Notes under the pieces: generated by a model
What the model saw: only the letters and a program-made list of their open reading frames with translations
Databases searched by the model: none
Told to the model about the DNA's origin: nothing
NCBI GenBank assembly: GCA_034521815.1
Contig: JAXHLW010000009.1
Location: 1 to 13,058 of the forward strand
Direction: 5' to 3'
DNA: 13,058 bases
DNA from: Trueperaceae bacterium
GTDB taxonomy: Bacteria; Deinococcota; Deinococci; Deinococcales; Trueperaceae
Shown here: positions 8,975 to 13,058 of the stretch, piece by piece
How positions within the stretch are numbered: position 1 is the stretch's first letter
How the letters are laid out: each line of letters starts with the position of its first letter
Program-made: the position numbers and the translations under genes

Positions 8975-10105
8975 TCACTCCTTGGTCGGATCGCGGACGG
9001 TGGGGGTCGGGGAACGGGTCGGGGAAGGGGTCGAGGGATGGGGCGTGACCGCGGGCGCTTCGGGCGACACGGGCGCGTCGGACCCGGCGAACGAGGAGGG
9101 AGACCCGGGCGCCGAGGCGCCCGAGGCGAGCAGCGACCTGACGATCGGCGCGATCTCGTCCTCGATCCAGACCGGATCGGGAACGTGGCGGTACTCGAAC
9201 GTCTCCATGAACGGAGGGAGCCTGGCGGTGACGCTCTCGGCACCGGTGGCGTAGATCACGACGTCGCTGTCCGCCACGACCTCGTCGACATCGTCGGCGT
9301 CGCGGACCGTTCCGCGGACGTGCGCCACGTGCTGGGCGAAGCCGTGCACGCCCTCGAGGAAGGTCGGAAGGAACTCGGGCAGGGCCGAGATCAGCCCCAC
9401 GCGCACGAACGGCGAGAGGGCGGCGAGCTGCGTGCGGACGCGCGTGCTCGGAATGAAGCGCACCGCGCCGATCGGCGGTCCGTCCGGCACCAGGCGCTCC
9501 AGCTCCTTCCGGCGGTGCAGGAAGGTGAGCAGAAGATCGGCCTCGCGGAGCGAGGCCAGGGTCTCGTCGTTCAGCGAATCGAAGACGATCGTGTCGACCG
9601 AGCAGGTCGCGCCGAGGCGCTCGGCGACGTCCCGCCCGTAGTCGCGGGTGGCGGCGTCGAAGATGCCGACGAAGCGGACGTCGAGCGGCGCACCGAGCGG
9701 GACGTCCTGCGCGAGCCTCAGCGTCAGCAGTCCCGACAGCTCGTCCCGGGCCACCCCCAGCCGGTCGGCCAGCCTGAGCAGCTCGTCGACCGCCCGGTGC
9801 AGGGCGGGAAGCGGCCGGTCCGCTGCGGCCTCGGGCAGGCCCGCACGGGCGACGAACGTTCCGCTGCCGGGCACGGTCTCGATCAGCTCGCGTTCGCGGA
9901 GCGTCCGGAACACGTTCGACACGGTGACCGGCGAGACCTCGAGCCGCTCGGCGAGCTCGCGCACCGAGGGCAGTCGGCTGCCGGGAGGGAGGTGGCCGGA
10001 GGACACCCCGTACTCGATCTGGCCCACGAGCTGACCGTGGATCGAGACGGGGAGGTCTCGGTCCACGCGAAGAGCGAGCGAGCTGGTAGCGGCGAGCTTC
10101 GACAT
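8975..10105 (-). CDS. GntR-family transcriptional regulator with a large C-terminal effector domain (YtrA/PlmA-like HTH), 376 aa
   Basis: N-terminal QLVGQIEYGVSSGHLPPGSRLPSVRELAERLEVSPVTVSNVFRTLRERELIETVPGSGTFV is a GntR winged HTH. An alpha/beta C-domain and a Pro/Ser/Thr-rich tail follow. Confidence 0.92.
   Translation of the reverse strand: MSKLAATSSLALRVDRDLPVSIHGQLVGQIEYGVSSGHLPPGSRLPSVRELAERLEVSPVTVSNVFRTLRERELIETVPGSGTFVARAGLPEAAADRPLPALHRAVDELLRLADRLGVARDELSGLLTLRLAQDVPLGAPLDVRFVGIFDAATRDYGRDVAERLGATCSVDTIVFDSLNDETLASLREADLLLTFLHRRKELERLVPDGPPIGAVRFIPSTRVRTQLAALSPFVRVGLISALPEFLPTFLEGVHGFAQHVAHVRGTVRDADDVDEVVADSDVVIYATGAESVTARLPPFMETFEYRHVPDPVWIEDEIAPIVRSLLASGASAPGSPSSFAGSDAPVSPEAPAVTPHPSTPSPTRSPTPTVRDPTKE
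9004..9039. repeat. Imperfect 12-nt tandem repeat (3 copies) in the GntR C-terminal tail
   Basis: GGGTCGGGGAAC GGGTCGGGGAAG GGGTCGAGGGAT, encoding the PSTPSPTRSPTP tail. Confidence 0.6.
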
Positions 10106-10108
10106 GAT

Positions 10109-10128
10109 CGTTACGCAGTAATGTAACA
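10109..10128. promoter_or_regulatory. Putative GntR operator O2 (autoregulatory)
   Basis: CGTTACGCAGTAATGTAACA contains the palindrome GTTAC-N8-GTAAC, 3 nt from the gntR ATG. Confidence 0.65.
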
Positions 10129-10148
10129 GGATGCAGGCGGTGGGTCAA
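10120..10148 (-). promoter_or_regulatory. Sigma70-type promoter for the gntR-hydrolase operon
   Basis: TTGACC (10148-10143), 17-nt spacer, TACATT (10125-10120), with TGn. Geometry is identical to the 5694-5722 promoter. Confidence 0.7.
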
Positions 10149-10308
10149 AACTGCGCCCAATCGACCTGTAGGGCCGGTATCGCGTTCGCATACCGTTACA
10201 GTTCTTAGGGACACCGAGTCGATCCGATCCGCGTCGTCGTTCCGAATGACAGAGTGGAGCGCACGGAGAGCTTCACCCCACGACGCCCGACGGAAGGGAC
10301 ACCGACCG

Positions 10309-11076
10309 ATGACCGATTCGAACGATACGACGCCACGCCAAGCGGCCGCACGGCCGACGACGCTACGCCCCGAGGCCGTGAAGCCCGTCGCGGTCTTCAC
10401 GGCGGCGGGAAGCGGCATGGGCGCGGCAGCCGTTCGGCTCTTCGCCGACAACGGGTGGGAGGTGGCCGTCCTCTCCGCCTCCGGTGCCGGCGAGGCACTG
10501 GCCCACGACCTCGGAGGCGTCGGCGTCACCGGCGACAACCGCAACGATGCCGACCTGGTCAGACTCGTCGACGGCGCGATGCAGCGCTGGGGACGGATCG
10601 ACGCGGTGGTGAACAGCGCCGGGCACGGACCGAGCGGAGACCTCCTGGCGCTCTCCGACGAGGATTGGCACGCCGGCCTCGAGATCTACCTCCTGAACGT
10701 GGTGCGCATCGCCCGCCTGGTCACGCCGATCCTGGCCCGGCAAGGGGGTGGCTCGATCGTCAACGTGTCGACGTTCTCGGCGGTGGAGCCCGATCCCGAC
10801 TTCCCCACCTCGTCGGTGACGCGCGCGGGGCTGTCGGCGTTCACCAAGCTGTTCGCCGACCGCTACGCTGCCGATTCGGTCCGCATGAACGACGTCCTGC
10901 CCGGGTTCGTCGACACCTTTCCGGAGCGGCCCGACACCCGAGCGAGAATCCCGATGGGCCGCCACGCCCAGGTCGACGAGATCGCCGAGGCGATCCTGTT
11001 CCTGGCCTCGCCCCGCTCGAGCTACGTCACGGGGCAGGCGATCCGCGTCGACGGTGGGCTGACCCGCTCGATCTGA
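10309..11076 (+). CDS. Short-chain dehydrogenase/reductase (atypical FabG-like SDR), 255 aa
   Basis: TAAGSGMG cofactor loop, [40 protein letters not shown] at 10309 preceded by GGAAGGG. Confidence 0.92.
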   Translation: MTDSNDTTPRQAAARPTTLRPEAVKPVAVFTAAGSGMGAAAVRLFADNGWEVAVLSASGAGEALAHDLGGVGVTGDNRNDADLVRLVDGAMQRWGRIDAVVNSAGHGPSGDLLALSDEDWHAGLEIYLLNVVRIARLVTPILARQGGGSIVNVSTFSAVEPDPDFPTSSVTRAGLSAFTKLFADRYAADSVRMNDVLPGFVDTFPERPDTRARIPMGRHAQVDEIAEAILFLASPRSSYVTGQAIRVDGGLTRSI

Positions 11077-11107
11077 CGATCGTTCCGGGTCGGATCGCGA
11101 CGGTTCG

Positions 11108-11113
11108 TATACT
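11108..11113 (+). promoter_or_regulatory. -10 element of a leaderless promoter
   Basis: TATACT 5 nt before ATG 11119, with no SD. Confidence 0.6.
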
Positions 11114-11118
11114 CGTGC

Positions 11119-12816
11119 ATGTCCGCCTCGGCGCCGGCGAACGATGTAAGGCTTCGGGTGCTTTCCGGCACCACCGAGGTGGTGCGCGCCGGCGTGGCGT
11201 CGGCTCTGGTCGGGCGGCGAGGCCTGCTGGTGGCGACGCTGATCGTGCTCGGGCCGACGTCCAGGGCCCGGCTGGCCGGCCTCCTGTGGCCCGATGCGGC
11301 GCCGCCGTCGGCACGGACGAACCTTCGGCAGACGATCCATCGACTGCGCCTCGGAGGCATCGACGTCCAGGGCGACCCTCTGAGGCTGCCCTCCGGAACC
11401 CGGATCGACACAGGCACGGACCACGCCGCCGACCCGGCACTCGGCGCGTACGCCGATCCGTACGCGGTACCGGACACGGACGACCTGCCCGAGCTGGCCG
11501 ATCTGCTGACCGCGGCGCAGGAGCGGCGGCGCTCGCTGGACGCTGTCGCGGCGGCCCGCTCCTGGGAGGAGGCGATCGCCGCCGGCCGGGGACGCGAGGC
11601 GGTGCACGCCGCCCGGCGCTGGCTGGCGATCGATCCGCGCTCGGCGGACGCTCATCTGGCGCTGATGCGGTCGCACGAAGCGGTCCACGACCCGGGAGCC
11701 ACGTTGGACGCGTTCCGTCGGATGCGCGCCTGGCTTCGCCGTAGCCTCGACGTTGCTCCGCCCGACGAGGCGGTCGGCATCGCGCGCCGCGCCGCCGAGG
11801 TGGCGGCGGCGACCGACCTGAACGCCGTGGCGCCGAGCACGCCCGTGCGTGGCGGCTTCGTGCGGCGCGCCGAAGCCGAAGGCTGGCTGGCGGAGGGCGT
11901 CGAGCTTCTGCGCGCCGCGGCCGACCGCAGCGAGGACCCGGTCGCCCGCGGCCGCCGACGCATCGGACAGGCGTGGCTCGAGCATCAGCTGGGTCGCAAC
12001 GACGCCGCCGAACGCTCGGCGCGAGCCGGCCTGAGCGACGCGGGGAGCGACCCCTCCAGCCGTCGCGAGGGCTGGTTCGTGCTCGGCTCGATCGAGCGGC
12101 ATCGCGACCGCCCCCACGCGGCGCGTGCGGCCTGGCGGCACGCGCTCGCGACCGCGGTGTCGCACGATGACGAAGCTGGCGATCGGGTCGGTGACGAGGC
12201 CGGTGGCCCGGGCGACGACCCCGCCGGCGTCTCGCTGCTTCTCAACCTCGCGCTGATCGAAGACGCGCTCGGCGACGCGGCGGCGGCCGGACCGCGCTAC
12301 GTCGCCGCGCTCGACGCGGCGCGCCGGGTCCACGATCCGCGCAGCGAGGCGATCGTTCTGAACAACCTGGCGCACGTGGCGCTCGAGGCCGGCAGGATCG
12401 ACGACGCGGCCGCGCTCGCGGCGCGCGCGGCGTCCCTGGCGTCGGCCGGAGCCGATCGGCAGCTGCAGGGATACGTCGCCGACGGGATGGCGCGGGTCCG
12501 TCTCGCTGCGGGCGACGCCGAAGCGGCCCGTGGCTGGGCCGCCCGTGCCGCCGAGGCGGGCGAGCGACTCGGCGACGCCGTGCTTACGATCGAGGGGCTG
12601 GCGAGCCTCGCGGAGGCGTTGGCCGCGCTGGGTCAGAGCGCGTGGGCCGCGACCGTGCGGGCCGAGGCCGAACGCCGCGCCAGGCGGGTCGGCTACGCGC
12701 CGGGGCTGGTCCGGCTGCTGGGGTCCTCGGCCGTCGTCACGCCTTCGTCACGCTCCGAGGGGCACGATTCGAGACGAAGGGAGGATCACCATGGCGAAGA
12801 TCCTGAGGTGCCGTGA
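11119..12816 (+). CDS. SARP/AfsR-type transcriptional activator (OmpR-like wHTH, BTAD and TPR repeats; no P-loop), 565 aa
   Basis: TSRARLAGLLWPDAAPPSARTNLRQTIHRLR (SARP DNA-binding domain), ARRWLAIDPRSADAHLALMR...RRSLDVAPPDE (BTAD), and Ala-rich TPR-like repeats (LLNLALIEDALGD, VLNNLAHVALEAG). Confidence 0.85.
   Translation: MSASAPANDVRLRVLSGTTEVVRAGVASALVGRRGLLVATLIVLGPTSRARLAGLLWPDAAPPSARTNLRQTIHRLRLGGIDVQGDPLRLPSGTRIDTGTDHAADPALGAYADPYAVPDTDDLPELADLLTAAQERRRSLDAVAAARSWEEAIAAGRGREAVHAARRWLAIDPRSADAHLALMRSHEAVHDPGATLDAFRRMRAWLRRSLDVAPPDEAVGIARRAAEVAAATDLNAVAPSTPVRGGFVRRAEAEGWLAEGVELLRAAADRSEDPVARGRRRIGQAWLEHQLGRNDAAERSARAGLSDAGSDPSSRREGWFVLGSIERHRDRPHAARAAWRHALATAVSHDDEAGDRVGDEAGGPGDDPAGVSLLLNLALIEDALGDAAAAGPRYVAALDAARRVHDPRSEAIVLNNLAHVALEAGRIDDAAALAARAASLASAGADRQLQGYVADGMARVRLAAGDAEAARGWAARAAEAGERLGDAVLTIEGLASLAEALAALGQSAWAATVRAEAERRARRVGYAPGLVRLLGSSAVVTPSSRSEGHDSRRREDHHGEDPEVP
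12734..12768 (+). promoter_or_regulatory. Putative SARP-dependent promoter for the small downstream gene
   Basis: TCGTCACGC-ct-TCGTCACGC (11-bp period, 12734-12753), then 9 nt, then a weak -10 CACGAT (12763-12768). Confidence 0.5.
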
Positions 12817-12973
12817 CGTGGGGTTCGATTGCGACGCCGAGGTACGGGCGTCCAGCGAGGACGAGGTGATGGCGCAGGTCGCGGAGCACGCCCGCGAGGT
12901 GCACGGCGTCGACGAGGTGCCTGACGAGGTGGTGGCGCGCGCCCTCGCGGCGATCCGCGAAGAACCGGCCTGA
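12791..12973 (+). CDS. Small predicted metal-binding protein (DUF1059-like), 60 aa
   Basis: MAKILRCRDVGFDCDAEVRASSEDEVMAQVAEHAREVHG has a C-x6-C...H-x4-H pattern. Strong GGGAGG SD 6 nt upstream of ATG 12791. Confidence 0.9.
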   Translation: MAKILRCRDVGFDCDAEVRASSEDEVMAQVAEHAREVHGVDEVPDEVVARALAAIREEPA

Positions 12974-13001
12974 GCGCGCCGGCCTGAGCGCGCCGGCCTG
13001 A
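12965..13001 (+). repeat. 14-nt tandem repeat (about 2.6 copies) spanning the stop codon
   Basis: CCGGCCTGAGCGCG twice, then CCGGCCTGA. Confidence 0.85.
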
Positions 13002-13038
13002 TTGCGTCGCTTCGGGACGCGTCGAGGCACGACGCGAT
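13001..13038 (+). terminator. Possible GC-rich terminator hairpin
   Basis: ATTGCGTCG...CGACGCGAT outer stem (one G-U pair) plus inner GCTTCG/CGAGGC pairing. There is no U-tract. Confidence 0.3.
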
Positions 13039-13058
13039 GAACGCCTCGTGATCGGTGT

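Noticed and set aside
8268-10544. Apparent 758-aa fusion ending in the creatininase domain, and the 732-aa amidase ORF 5796..7994
   Set aside because: The N-terminal parts are off-frame read-throughs of gntR and the PanE-like gene. The real starts have an SD or GTGA coupling at 8972 and 7193.
10363-12375. 670-aa minus-strand ORF and the 10254..11744 alternative-frame ORF
   Set aside because: They overlap the SDR and SARP genes and are Arg/Gly/Pro-rich with no domain signature.
12965-13058. CRISPR array or IS end
   Set aside because: The repeats are contiguous 14-mers without spacers, and there is no transposase or cas gene.

Overview
Very GC-rich bacterial DNA (about 70% by eye), probably Deinococcota/Trueperaceae-like. 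This is inferred from a leaderless TAnnnT-N5-ATG promoter and a non-lipoprotein substrate-binding protein. Positions 65-10105 (minus strand) hold a co-oriented uptake/catabolic locus: GntR regulator, creatininase-family amidohydrolase, divergent ketopantoate-reductase-like oxidoreductase, amidase-signature amidase, and a five-gene Dpp/Opp-type ABC importer (A-B-C-D-F). Two promoters with identical geometry (TTGACC-N17-TAnnnT), each overlapped by a GTTA-N10-TAAC palindrome, precede gntR and the binding-protein gene. Degenerate copies of the palindrome lie inside the amidase gene (in a rare-codon patch) and upstream of a divergent atypical SDR. The plus-strand end holds the SDR, a leaderless SARP/BTAD-TPR regulator, and a 60-aa DUF1059-like metal-binding protein whose putative promoter has AfsR/SARP-type 9-nt direct repeats. 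No rRNA, tRNA, CRISPR or mobile element is visible. The substrate of the locus cannot be read from the sequence.
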